Source of the DNA: an uncultured Chlamydiae bacterium
GTDB lineage: Bacteria > Chlamydiota > Chlamydiia > Chlamydiales > JAJFMA01
Length of the DNA: 64,000 nt
Direction: 5' to 3'
NCBI GenBank assembly: GCA_963713615.1
Contig: CAVQMM010000001.1
Span: forward strand, 1,664,001-1,728,000
The stretch's first letter is position 1. Each line of letters begins with the position of its first letter. Made by a program: the position numbers and the translations under genes. The notes beneath the pieces are model-generated. The model made no database searches and was not told where the DNA came from. It was given only the letters and a program-made list of their open reading frames with translations. Below are positions 19,632 to 29,162 of this stretch, in pieces.

Positions 19632-19791
19632 GGCCTTATTCACCTTTGCGGTCAGTTTTCGGTCGACTGCAAAAGGATCGTCTGTCGCGTTTTGCTCCTC
19701 GGACATAGCTGGCGCTATGCCCTCGTCACAAACCACGACATCCGACCTTTTTCGTCCGACCGAAATTCTGACCGAAAAGGTGAACAAGGCC
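19632..19791. mobile_element. 160-bp MITE (GGCCTTGTTCACC family), copy 1
   Basis: Terminal IRs ggccttattcacctttgcggtcag / ctgaccgaaaaggtgaacaaggcc; flanking CATAATT duplication; near-identical to 42864-43023. Confidence 0.9.
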
Positions 19792-19991
19792 CATAATTCC
19801 GCCCTTAGTGCTGCCAGAAAATTTCAAATGACAATGCTGGCCGTTTTGAGGCTTCTATTTGTATTCACAGCAAATTTTTTAATTTTATTGAACATACTAA
19901 CATATTAATAAAAACATGATTCACTTTATTTATATAATTTGCTAGAATGTTAATTTAATAGCTCATAATCGCATAAAAATAAAGGTGGCAG

Positions 19992-22955
19992 ATGGATAAT
20001 ATAGTAAACAATATACAAGAGAATCCAATCAATTATAGTAACATCGATAATCATCAACGGTGGTGTGTAGACTCTCACGGGACAATTCGCACGGAAGAGA
20101 AAAAGGGCTTTTTTGGACGAATTTTTAGTTTCTTTCGCAGCGAATCTACCAAGCTTGACAAGGTATTTGCCGCTATGTTGGATGACATCGATGCGATAGA
20201 TGATCCTAGCAAAACAAACTGCCAAGATTTGTTATATCTCTGTAACCTCGTAGAAGAACGCTATTCCAAAGCTGCCCGTGCGGGTGTTATTGTAGCTGGT
20301 CATGGAGATGCTGAGGCAAATAAAGAAGCTATTCTCAATGCCAGCTATCAAAAACTGGGTGGTGTGATTTTTGGTGACCCAAACTGGAAAGCTAATGAAG
20401 AGATTTCGGAAGACGAACGAGCTGTCTTGGCATCTATTTACAGTTTCCTTAACAGTACCGGAATGAATAGAGCGGATATAGAAGAATTTACACAAACCAT
20501 TGTTCAACAATTTCCAGATCTACAGGATGAGAACACCTCCGCAAACATGTATATGCGTATGGCGGAATTAGGTTTTCCCGCAGCCCAAGTTATCGCATAC
20601 TCTATCGAACAAGATGCAGCTTTGCGTATTGGGCTCCTTAACGCCGCTAGTGACTCGGGTTGCCTCCTAGCAACCAGGATTCTGGAAAACCAGCTGCGTG
20701 ACATGGATGACGCTGATAATTATCCTCTCATTCACCAATTGACTGAAAAACTTGCGGACCACGATCTCAACGCCCGCTTCCGTTTAGCCTTCGATCATTT
20801 GACAGGCTGCGGAACTGAAATAGATATCGATAGAGCCTTAGAAATTGCAGAGGGGAATGATCGTGAAGATTTCGAGAGAATTCAAAACATCTGCCAGTCC
20901 TTAAAGCAAGCGCCGCAAGAGGTTACTAGACAGACTATTAGAACGCTCTTGAGCGACTTAACAGCATTGATTCCAAGCGCAAATGGTCGTCGACGCCTCC
21001 TAGAACAGCTTGTCAATAACTATCCTTTGGTACACCTCGTCAACGCTCTGTCGCAGGACATTGATTTAGAAGTTTACGAAGATTTAATAGCCCAAGGCTT
21101 TGAAATTGCAAGAGAAGGTTTAGCAGATAAATATCTACAACTGGCACGCTATGAAGAAGCCTTTGTCACTCTATGGGAACTAGCCGAAAATGATGCCCAA
21201 GCGATGTATTCTCTTGTCGAAACATTTGGGCCTCTAGGCCACCAAATACTCAACACACAGGTCAGTCTCGAACTGTTGAGAAAGTTCGACGATAGACCTC
21301 TAAGTGATGAGCTAGCAGCGAACTTTAACCGCCTATATGTGGACATTGAAGCACAAACTAGAGTCATCGCGCTAGCGAATCGCCTTGATAGAATAAAAGA
21401 CAATCCCGATATCGCCCCTCTCTACGTAGCCGAATTTCATAATTACGATACCTTTATGACTGAGCACGAGTTTAGCGATGACATGAAAGCTGAAGTCAAA
21501 GTGGCCTTTATGTACCAGTATGGGATCGGTGGAGTCTCTGAGAATATTCCATTAGCTCGCCTGGGCTATAAACATCTGGCCCGGAGCATTTATGAGCAAG
21601 CCCATCAATTCATGAGAGAGGGTGAGTATGATAAAGCCCTTCGTTTCATGGAAAGAGCCGCAAAGCTCGGAAATATCGAAGCGTGCTATCAGGCTGTACG
21701 CATGAGACAACTAAACCTAACAGGCGACCACAATCCCAAAACAATTTTAGACCTGATCCATCACTCAATGATAGACCAAACTCAAGTTCCTGGTAAGTTG
21801 CGTTTCTGCGAAGCAGATACTCTGTATTTCGACTACAAGGACATGGGAAACAGCATCGATGCATACATTGAGGCTGCAACCCTAGAAGAGCCCATGGCGT
21901 TAAAAGTCCTGCATGAGCTTGTAGATGCTAAAGTCATAGCAGAAAAGGACATCCCATTCGAAACTGAGCGGTTGCTTGAGCAAGCTAGGATAAAAACCAG
22001 ACAAAATCTAACAGTAGCCGCCTCAACGGCACGCAGTGACTATCTCAGTCCCGGCGATGCGCTGACTATGCTGGAATCGGTTGTAACGTGCATTGAGATA
22101 TCCGAGGAGCTGAAAAGCTATGCCCAAAACCTTCTTGATCAAGAGGATGTTGCGGTCTATTTGAATGACGTCCTTCCTTTCGGTGAATCCGTTCTTCTAG
22201 CTAACTTGGCCACACTCATGGCAGCTGCTAGCGTGACTGAGGCAACTGAGGGAATGGCGTTAGAAAGAGTGGCCAAATATCTCTTTAATATGGATCGTCC
22301 TACTGAAGAGGAAATAGAGATCGCCAGAAGCCTTCGTGATTGGGCAGTGAAAAACAAGGAATTTTTCCAAGCTGGCGATCTAATGCGCAAGCGAGAATTC
22401 GCCGAGGCTCAGCATTTATACGCTGCGTTAGCTGCTGGCGGTGATCACCGTGGCTGGTATCCAGCTGCAAGGCTACTAGAGCTCGGTTTTCTAGGAGATG
22501 AAGCCTCCGGAGCTGCTGTCGCATACTATAATGAAGACTTGTCCAATGTTAATAGTCAATACGCCCTTGCATTGTATCTACAAAAGACTGGTCAGCCTGG
22601 ATATGAGGACATCTATCGCTCTCTGTATGAAGATGGCTATGGTCCGGCGGATATTCAGCTGGCTTTGATGGCAGAGCAAGAACTTCTATTTGGCTTAGAT
22701 CTAGGCTATATTGATGAGTCTGTTGAAAATCAACGCTCCAAAATTGGTTCGTTGTTAGAATATGATATCGCACTCGCTCAGCGCGGAGAGACGACAATTC
22801 TACGCATCGCCAACCTCTTGAGCTATCTCAATGCACTCGATGAGAACCTGGTTGTCGCCACAGGCGAAGCATGGAACAGCATCTTGAACGGTTCAGATGA
22901 CTTTGAACAAATCCTGATAGACGTCCTAATGACCTATGAGGAAGAGGAACAATAA
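19992..22955 (+). CDS. Large acidic alpha-helical protein with Sel1-like repeats, candidate secreted effector
   Basis: SLR-like motifs (ARFRLAFDHLTGCGTEIDIDRA, YQYGIGGVSENIPLA, MERAAKLGNIEACY); N/Q-rich N-terminus with KKGFFGRIFSFF; no Sec signal. Confidence 0.7.
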   Translation: MDNIVNNIQENPINYSNIDNHQRWCVDSHGTIRTEEKKGFFGRIFSFFRSESTKLDKVFAAMLDDIDAIDDPSKTNCQDLLYLCNLVEERYSKAARAGVIVAGHGDAEANKEAILNASYQKLGGVIFGDPNWKANEEISEDERAVLASIYSFLNSTGMNRADIEEFTQTIVQQFPDLQDENTSANMYMRMAELGFPAAQVIAYSIEQDAALRIGLLNAASDSGCLLATRILENQLRDMDDADNYPLIHQLTEKLADHDLNARFRLAFDHLTGCGTEIDIDRALEIAEGNDREDFERIQNICQSLKQAPQEVTRQTIRTLLSDLTALIPSANGRRRLLEQLVNNYPLVHLVNALSQDIDLEVYEDLIAQGFEIAREGLADKYLQLARYEEAFVTLWELAENDAQAMYSLVETFGPLGHQILNTQVSLELLRKFDDRPLSDELAANFNRLYVDIEAQTRVIALANRLDRIKDNPDIAPLYVAEFHNYDTFMTEHEFSDDMKAEVKVAFMYQYGIGGVSENIPLARLGYKHLARSIYEQAHQFMREGEYDKALRFMERAAKLGNIEACYQAVRMRQLNLTGDHNPKTILDLIHHSMIDQTQVPGKLRFCEADTLYFDYKDMGNSIDAYIEAATLEEPMALKVLHELVDAKVIAEKDIPFETERLLEQARIKTRQNLTVAASTARSDYLSPGDALTMLESVVTCIEISEELKSYAQNLLDQEDVAVYLNDVLPFGESVLLANLATLMAAASVTEATEGMALERVAKYLFNMDRPTEEEIEIARSLRDWAVKNKEFFQAGDLMRKREFAEAQHLYAALAAGGDHRGWYPAARLLELGFLGDEASGAAVAYYNEDLSNVNSQYALALYLQKTGQPGYEDIYRSLYEDGYGPADIQLALMAEQELLFGLDLGYIDESVENQRSKIGSLLEYDIALAQRGETTILRIANLLSYLNALDENLVVATGEAWNSILNGSDDFEQILIDVLMTYEEEEQ

Positions 22956-22962
22956 ATAAATG

Positions 22963-23002
22963 AACATGGTAGACGAACGTCGTCTACCATGTTTATTTTT
23001 AT
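22963..23002. terminator. Probable bidirectional intrinsic terminator
   Basis: 14-bp stem aacatggtagacga/tcgtctaccatgtt with A-rich left and T-rich right flanks, between convergent genes. Confidence 0.75.
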
Positions 23003-23022
23003 TCCTGAACCCTTTCACGCCC

Positions 23023-25560
23023 TTAGTGCTGCCAGAGAATTTCAGCAGCTTCTAAGGGAACTTCTATCCCGGGAAAACGCGCCACAACACGTGGTGTATA
23101 GTCTGTAGGAGGACGTTGTCCGTCAACAACGACACGATAGATGCCTATCTTCGAATTTCCAGCATCTCGCTTCATCTCCTTGTGTATAGGCTCCGCACCA
23201 TCCTTGCCATCGGCATAAAGTTCTACCGTGACGAACTTTCCATCTAGCCCGTTGAGGTGCAGCTGCACTTCAAATGCATGCCTATTCTCCGAAGAATCGA
23301 CCTTAACCTCGCCAAATGACAATGCTGGCCATTGGCTATTTAGGTCTTTCTGCCAAGCGATAACCTGGTCCCCCCATGTTCCTTTATTGGCAGTACGTTC
23401 CTTAAAGGCCGCGGCTCCTGGCAAATAGTATTTCTCCGTGTATTCGCGCACAGAGCGATTCGCAGAATACTGCGGTGTAAGCCGAGCCATACTCTCGCGC
23501 ATACGCGTAAGCCATGCCCTGGGGATGCCTTTGGAATCGCGATTGTAAAATTCCGGTACCACTTCATGTTCAAGCAGCTCGTAGAGCTTCAAGGCATCGA
23601 TATCGTCCCAGTGAGGGTCTTCACCATGCTCTTGACCATCCCCGATAGCCCACCCCACTTCAGAACAATAGGCTTCGGCCCACCATCCATCCAATTCAGA
23701 AATATTCAGTCCACCATTGGCTAGCACCTTCATGCCGCTAGTACCACAGGCTTCCCAAGGACGCCTCGGGGTATTGAGCCATACATCCACACCCTGTACA
23801 AGCTCTTGAGTAAGCATCATGTCATAGTCGCTAAGAAATATGATATGCGCTCGTGCTTCAGGCCTTTGTAAGAAATCCATCCACTGCTTAATGAGTGCCT
23901 GTCCGGGGCCATCAGCAGGATGGGCCTTGCCGGCAAGGATTAGCTGAACGGGACGCTCAGAATTGCAAAGAATGCGCAAGAGACGCTCTGGATCATGAAG
24001 CAGAAGATTAGGACGTTTATAGGTTGCAAATCTTCGAGCAAAACCGAGAGTTAGAGTATTGGGATCAAATATATGCCTCGCATGTTCGATTTCAGCCTTC
24101 GGAGCGGCCCTTACAGCTAGCTGACGCGCAAGGCGCCGGCGTGAAAAGTCCACCAGTTTAGCACGAGATTCGTTACGCATCTTCCAAAGGCGTTCATCAG
24201 GCACCGTACGAATGTTCTTTTCCAAAACATCGGTATTGCCCAACCAGCGCGACTTCCCACAAGCATTAGCCCACAGACTATCAGCAGAGGCGGAGTTCCA
24301 AGTGGGTACATGAATGCCATTGGTGACGTAACCAACAGGAACTTCATTCTCAGGCCAATTAGGGAATATAGGTTGAAAGATGCGGCGACTGACCGCAGCG
24401 TGGAGACGGCTAACACCATTGATGGCATGGCTTCCACGAACAGCTAGATAGGCCATGTTGAAAGGCTCGTTATCGTCCTTCGGATTTTGACGACCTAAAG
24501 CCATAAGTTCCTTAGGTGTAATGCCTAACTTATTCCTGGCATACGTTTCAAGGTATTGTTCTATCAGGGCTGGTGAAAAGCGATCGAACCCTGCAGGTAC
24601 GGCAGTATGAGTTGTAAACAGGTTACCAGCCCTAGTGGCGGCTAGAGCAGCTTCGAAGTGCAGGCCAGTATTTCTCATAAAGCTTCTGGCACGCTCTAGC
24701 ACTGCAAAGGCCGCATGACCCTCATTAAGATGGCAAACATCAGGCTTAATACCTAGGGCCTCTAGCATACGCCATCCGCCAATACCCAAGACCAGTTCCT
24801 GCCTTAGGCGCTGCTCAGGACCACCTCCATAAAGTTCGCTAGTGATCCCTCGGTGAGCCGGAAAATTGGCGGCGTCATTGCTATCTAAAAGGTAAAGCTT
24901 AACTCTTCCTATCTGCACCTGCCACGTCCGTAGCCATACCGAGTAGCCTGGAAACATGGTCTCAATACGTAACCACTCTCCGTTTGGGGACCTCACGGGT
25001 AAAATGGGCAACTGACCAGGGTCATTGAAAGGATATAGCGCCTCTTGCATCCCATATTGATCAATAACCTGCCGAAAATATCCTTTTTGGTATAGCAACC
25101 CTACGCCAATAACAGGGATGCCAAGGTCGCTGGCAGCCTTGAGCTGGTCACCCGCAACGTTACCCAGGCCTCCTGAATAGATCGGCAAGGCCTCGCTTAA
25201 CATATACTCCATGCTGAAATAAGCTACGCAGCCTAATGGAGATTTATCATGAGTTTTCTGAAACCATAGTGGGCATTCGGCCTCAGCGCGCTTCTCTTCA
25301 ACGAGATGCTCGACGTTCTTTCTAAAGTCTGGGTCCGCTAAAGCTCTGCGTAGCTTTGTCGGAGAGACCGTTTTGATCATCACCCAGGGGTTCTTAGTGA
25401 GATCCCACAGTTCCGGATCCAGAGCCTTCCAAACGTCGTCGGCACAGTGGTTCCACGACCAGCGGAGGTCCAGGGCAAGCTCTATAAGAGGCTCTATACC
25501 TTCAACATCTATGGGCACAAAGTTCTGAAGTAGGCCACGCAGGGATTCTTGTTTTACCAT
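23023..25560 (-). CDS. glgP: Alpha-glucan (glycogen) phosphorylase
   Basis: AYFSMEY..LPIYSGGLG, HLNEGH, FARRFATYKR, AGKAHPAD and PLP site EACGTSGMK. Confidence 0.96.
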   Translation of the reverse strand: MVKQESLRGLLQNFVPIDVEGIEPLIELALDLRWSWNHCADDVWKALDPELWDLTKNPWVMIKTVSPTKLRRALADPDFRKNVEHLVEEKRAEAECPLWFQKTHDKSPLGCVAYFSMEYMLSEALPIYSGGLGNVAGDQLKAASDLGIPVIGVGLLYQKGYFRQVIDQYGMQEALYPFNDPGQLPILPVRSPNGEWLRIETMFPGYSVWLRTWQVQIGRVKLYLLDSNDAANFPAHRGITSELYGGGPEQRLRQELVLGIGGWRMLEALGIKPDVCHLNEGHAAFAVLERARSFMRNTGLHFEAALAATRAGNLFTTHTAVPAGFDRFSPALIEQYLETYARNKLGITPKELMALGRQNPKDDNEPFNMAYLAVRGSHAINGVSRLHAAVSRRIFQPIFPNWPENEVPVGYVTNGIHVPTWNSASADSLWANACGKSRWLGNTDVLEKNIRTVPDERLWKMRNESRAKLVDFSRRRLARQLAVRAAPKAEIEHARHIFDPNTLTLGFARRFATYKRPNLLLHDPERLLRILCNSERPVQLILAGKAHPADGPGQALIKQWMDFLQRPEARAHIIFLSDYDMMLTQELVQGVDVWLNTPRRPWEACGTSGMKVLANGGLNISELDGWWAEAYCSEVGWAIGDGQEHGEDPHWDDIDALKLYELLEHEVVPEFYNRDSKGIPRAWLTRMRESMARLTPQYSANRSVREYTEKYYLPGAAAFKERTANKGTWGDQVIAWQKDLNSQWPALSFGEVKVDSSENRHAFEVQLHLNGLDGKFVTVELYADGKDGAEPIHKEMKRDAGNSKIGIYRVVVDGQRPPTDYTPRVVARFPGIEVPLEAAEILWQH

Positions 25561-25569
25561 AGAAACTCC

Positions 25570-27231
25570 TTATGTTGTCTGTTGAACGACAGGGGCAAGA
25601 GCTGCGCTAACAATCGCCTGAGCCTCTTCCTGAATTCGATGTAGGTGCTCTTCTCCATGAAAACTCTCTGCATAAATCTTATAAATATTCTCGGTTCCCG
25701 AAGGCCGAGCCGCAAACCAACCATTATCCGTCTCCACCTTCACACCACCTATAGGAGCGCCATTGCCTGGGGCATTGGTGAGAATTGTGCGGATCTTGTC
25801 TCCTGCAAGTTGCTTTTGATGAATTTGATCGGCCGATAACTTCTTCAGCAGACTTTTTTGCTCCGGAGAGGCTGCTGCCTCAATGCGGCCGTAGGCTGGT
25901 GTGCCAAACTCATGAGTTAAATCGCCATAGATCTCTCCGGGATCTCGGCCCATCCGAGCGGTAATTTCAGCCGCTAACAAGGATGGAATAAATCCATCTT
26001 TGTCTGTGGTCCATACAGATCCGTCCAGTCGCAAGAAGGAGGCTCCCGCACTTTCTTCGCCCCCAAAGCCCAATGAACCTGTGAGTAATCCATCGACAAA
26101 CCACTTAAATCCCACAGGCACTTCATACAGCTTACGCTTGAGTTTTGCAGTGACGCGGTCAATCATCTGGCTGCTTACCAACGTTTTTCCCACAGAAGCT
26201 TCCTTATTCCATTTAGGACGATTCTGGAAAAGATAATGAATAGCCACTGACAGGTAATGGTTGGGGGGCATCAAACCCACGCTCTTAGTAACAATGCCAT
26301 GCCTATCGTGGTCAGTATCGCAGGCAAAGGCAACTTCAAAACGATCTTTTAGACCTATCAAGCGCTGCATAGCGTAAATCGAGGAGGGATCCATGCGAAT
26401 CTGTCCATCCCAATCATAAGTCATAAAACGAAAGGTAGGATCGACAATTTCACTGACAACGGTGAGGTCTAGGCCATATTTCTCAGCTATAGGTCTCCAG
26501 TAATGAACGCCGGCGCCCCCCAATGGGTCCACTCCTAGCTTGATCTTGGAATCGCGAATGATTTTCATATCGATGACATTACCAAGATCGCTCACATAGC
26601 TATTGAGGTAGTTGTGTCGATGAGTTGTTGCTGCCTTAAGAGCCTTGGCTAGAGGGACGCGTCTGATCGCGGCAAAATTTTTACCCATCATCTCATTTGC
26701 CTTGGCTTCTATCCAGCTTGTAACCTCAATATCGGCTGGTCCTCCATTAGGAGGGTTATACTTGAATCCACCATCAGGCGGGGGGTTATGGGATGGCGTT
26801 ATGACAATGCCGTCAGCTAATCCGCTTTTGCGACCGAGATTGTACTTGAGGATGGCATGGGATATTACCGGTGTTGGAGTGTACTCATCCCCTTCAGCAA
26901 GCATCACATCAACACCATTACCAGCCAGAACTTCTAGGGCTGTCACCAGAGCCGGCTCTGAGAGGGCATGCGTATCAATACCAAGATACAGTGGCCCTTC
27001 AATCTTCTGCTGTTGCCGGTAATGGCAGATAGCCTGAGTAATAGCCAGTATGTGCCTTTCGTTGAACGACTTATCAAATGCAGATCCACGGTGCCCTGAG
27101 GTGCCAAAGGATACGCGTTGTGACGGAATCGATGGATCAGGAATTTCAGTGAAATAGGCCGTAATCAGTTTAGGTACATTGACTAATGTAGACGGATCGG
27201 CAGGTTTGCCAGCTAGCGGGCTTACAGACAT
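25570..27231 (-). CDS. pgm: Phosphoglucomutase
   Basis: FGTSGHRG, TPSHNPP, CDTDHDR, GEESAG, RPSGTE. Confidence 0.97.
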   Translation of the reverse strand: MSVSPLAGKPADPSTLVNVPKLITAYFTEIPDPSIPSQRVSFGTSGHRGSAFDKSFNERHILAITQAICHYRQQQKIEGPLYLGIDTHALSEPALVTALEVLAGNGVDVMLAEGDEYTPTPVISHAILKYNLGRKSGLADGIVITPSHNPPPDGGFKYNPPNGGPADIEVTSWIEAKANEMMGKNFAAIRRVPLAKALKAATTHRHNYLNSYVSDLGNVIDMKIIRDSKIKLGVDPLGGAGVHYWRPIAEKYGLDLTVVSEIVDPTFRFMTYDWDGQIRMDPSSIYAMQRLIGLKDRFEVAFACDTDHDRHGIVTKSVGLMPPNHYLSVAIHYLFQNRPKWNKEASVGKTLVSSQMIDRVTAKLKRKLYEVPVGFKWFVDGLLTGSLGFGGEESAGASFLRLDGSVWTTDKDGFIPSLLAAEITARMGRDPGEIYGDLTHEFGTPAYGRIEAAASPEQKSLLKKLSADQIHQKQLAGDKIRTILTNAPGNGAPIGGVKVETDNGWFAARPSGTENIYKIYAESFHGEEHLHRIQEEAQAIVSAALAPVVQQTT

Positions 27232-27324
27232 TCGGTCCTCCCCTTAGCAAATAAATATTTTCTCATCCTACCACAGTGGCTTTGTTCGTCAAGTCCCGAT
27301 GTAATTCTCCCCCCCTCAGAGAAG

Positions 27325-27420
27325 TAGGTATTTTCACCACCGAGGCGCATAGAAGCTTGTGGGGCTTTTTTAGGATTTTTACCGCCGAGGCACCGAGACA
27401 CCGAGATAGGAAAGAGAGGT
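27325..27420. repeat. Dispersed CACCGCCGAGGCGC repeat, copy 1
   Basis: Highly similar to 56461-56550; internal tandem accgccgagg units. Confidence 0.8.
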
Positions 27421-27525
27421 GAGAGGAAGAGGAGGGAATCTTTTTACACATACAAAGAAAAGCCCAAATTCGTTATGTGTGGATTGATGGATGGACAACA
27501 ACAAACCCACCTCTAAAGGAGGCCC

Positions 27526-28119
27526 ATGGATAAACCAACCGATATCACACTCGTACCTCATTTCCGTGACATCGATAGCGTCCGGAGGTCATGGGGTCTA
27601 TTTTTTGCATTAGGCATCATCCTGGTCATTCTAGGGTGTCTAGCAATAACCCAAGCGGTGTATGCGACGGTCTTTACGGTCTTCCTGTTTAGTTTTTTGC
27701 TTATTGTCGCAGGTATAGTCCAAATCATACAGGCATTCATGGCGAGGCCATGGAGCGGAATGTTTTTGTCATTGTTCTTAGGCATTCTCTATTTGGCGAC
27801 GGGCATACTATTTGCCTTTAAGCCTGCTGTGGCGGCGATAGCCATAACCTTATGGATTGCCGCTCTCTGCTTCATAGGAGGCATCATGCGCATGGCCACC
27901 TCAGCCTATCTACATTTCCATCATTGGGGTTGGGTGTTCTTTAACGGCTTGGTAACCTTTTGCTTGGGTGTCTTGATCTTTGCCGATTGGCCGATCTCTG
28001 GCCTGTGGGTTATTGGCCTATTTGTCGGTATCGACCTAATATTCACTGGATGGGCGTGGGTAATCCTGTCTCTCGCAGCTCGTAACAATCCTAAACCCGT
28101 CACAACGCCCAGAGGGTAG
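27526..28119 (+). CDS. HdeD/DUF308 family membrane protein
   Basis: Six TM helices, WG..FALGI..VILG and GLFVGIDLIFTG; AAGGAGG RBS. Confidence 0.88.
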   Translation: MDKPTDITLVPHFRDIDSVRRSWGLFFALGIILVILGCLAITQAVYATVFTVFLFSFLLIVAGIVQIIQAFMARPWSGMFLSLFLGILYLATGILFAFKPAVAAIAITLWIAALCFIGGIMRMATSAYLHFHHWGWVFFNGLVTFCLGVLIFADWPISGLWVIGLFVGIDLIFTGWAWVILSLAARNNPKPVTTPRG

Positions 28120-28129
28120 ATACAGATAC

Positions 28130-28185
28130 AAAGTTCGTGTGGCTCTTCTTTGCGCCTTTGCGTTAAAAAGAGCTACACGAACTTT
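28130..28185. repeat. Collapsed copy of the GTTCGTGTAGC MITE family
   Basis: aaagttcgtgtggctctt / aagagctacacgaacttt IR around ctttgcgcctttgcgtt. Confidence 0.8.
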
Positions 28186-29008
28186 CCGTGCCCGCAAAGC
28201 TGAACTCCCTCGAATAAGCCTTGACGATAAGGTTACCCTGCTCAAGGGTCACTATAGTATAAATTTCAGGGAAGTTAAGGTGGACCCCTGGACCACAGAT
28301 ATTATCGCCCATGGCGGGACAGGTTACATAGGGAATACCGTCGATAAATTTACAGTGAAAATGGTGTAAGTGTGCCTGAAAGACACCTCGTATAGCGTTG
28401 GAATCGGCAATAGCTTTTCTAATCTCAAACTGGTTTTCGAGAAATAACGACTCCCTAGGAGCATCAAAAGCCTCCACAAAGTAGTTGCCTCTCACATCGT
28501 GATCATCAATCCCACAATGAGTAAACAGCAATGTAGGCACCGAACACTCCTCTAGTAGGATGCCCTTTAGCCATGTCAATTGCTCGTTTGGTAAACGTCT
28601 GATTTGGTGGTTGCCTTTGTCTGCATCTATTCCTAGCCAAACGATCCGTGCTTCACCAAAGTGTAATGCCCCATAACTGCTCTGAAGAAAGCCCGCCCGC
28701 TCCCATTCATATTCGATTAAGGTTGCCGACAGATTTCTGATTTCATGGTTCCCTAGCAAATGTATCACTGGGCAACTCAATCCCTTAAAATGCCGTAAAG
28801 CCTGACGGTAGTTGATGAGATCTACTTCTTTAGAGTCTCGTCTAATAAGATCACCCAAATTGACAATAAGGTCCGGAACATGCAATTCCATGATATCCAG
28901 AAGCACCTGCGGCAAGATACTCTCGGCGAGGTGAGAGGCTGCTCGAAATTTACCTTTATACTCTAATGCCCTTCCAATATGGACATCATTCAGAATTGCT
29001 ATCTTCAT
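28163..29008 (-). CDS. Calcineurin-like metallophosphoesterase
   Basis: DVH, GDL, GNHE, THC and AHLH motifs. Confidence 0.9.
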   Translation of the reverse strand: MKIAILNDVHIGRALEYKGKFRAASHLAESILPQVLLDIMELHVPDLIVNLGDLIRRDSKEVDLINYRQALRHFKGLSCPVIHLLGNHEIRNLSATLIEYEWERAGFLQSSYGALHFGEARIVWLGIDADKGNHQIRRLPNEQLTWLKGILLEECSVPTLLFTHCGIDDHDVRGNYFVEAFDAPRESLFLENQFEIRKAIADSNAIRGVFQAHLHHFHCKFIDGIPYVTCPAMGDNICGPGVHLNFPEIYTIVTLEQGNLIVKAYSREFSFAGTESSCSSF

Positions 29009-29162
29009 ACTACCCTCTTGTCATGGAATTGCCACATAGTAACTCCTCCATCGATAAAACAAACTAAATTTTTCATATATTCTCATATCAATTATTTTTT
29101 GTGAACACCAAAACAGACTCAGATTAAGCTGGTTCTACATTCCTTGAAATTACAACCTCCGA

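Noticed and set aside
19581..19908. ORFs 19581-19787 and 19612-19908, and their twins at 42801-43035
   Set aside because: They read through the 160-bp MITE; the similarity comes from the repeat.
27263..27561. ORFs at 27263-27561 and 56396-56611 with shared peptides
   Set aside because: Derived from the CACCGCCGAG repeat.
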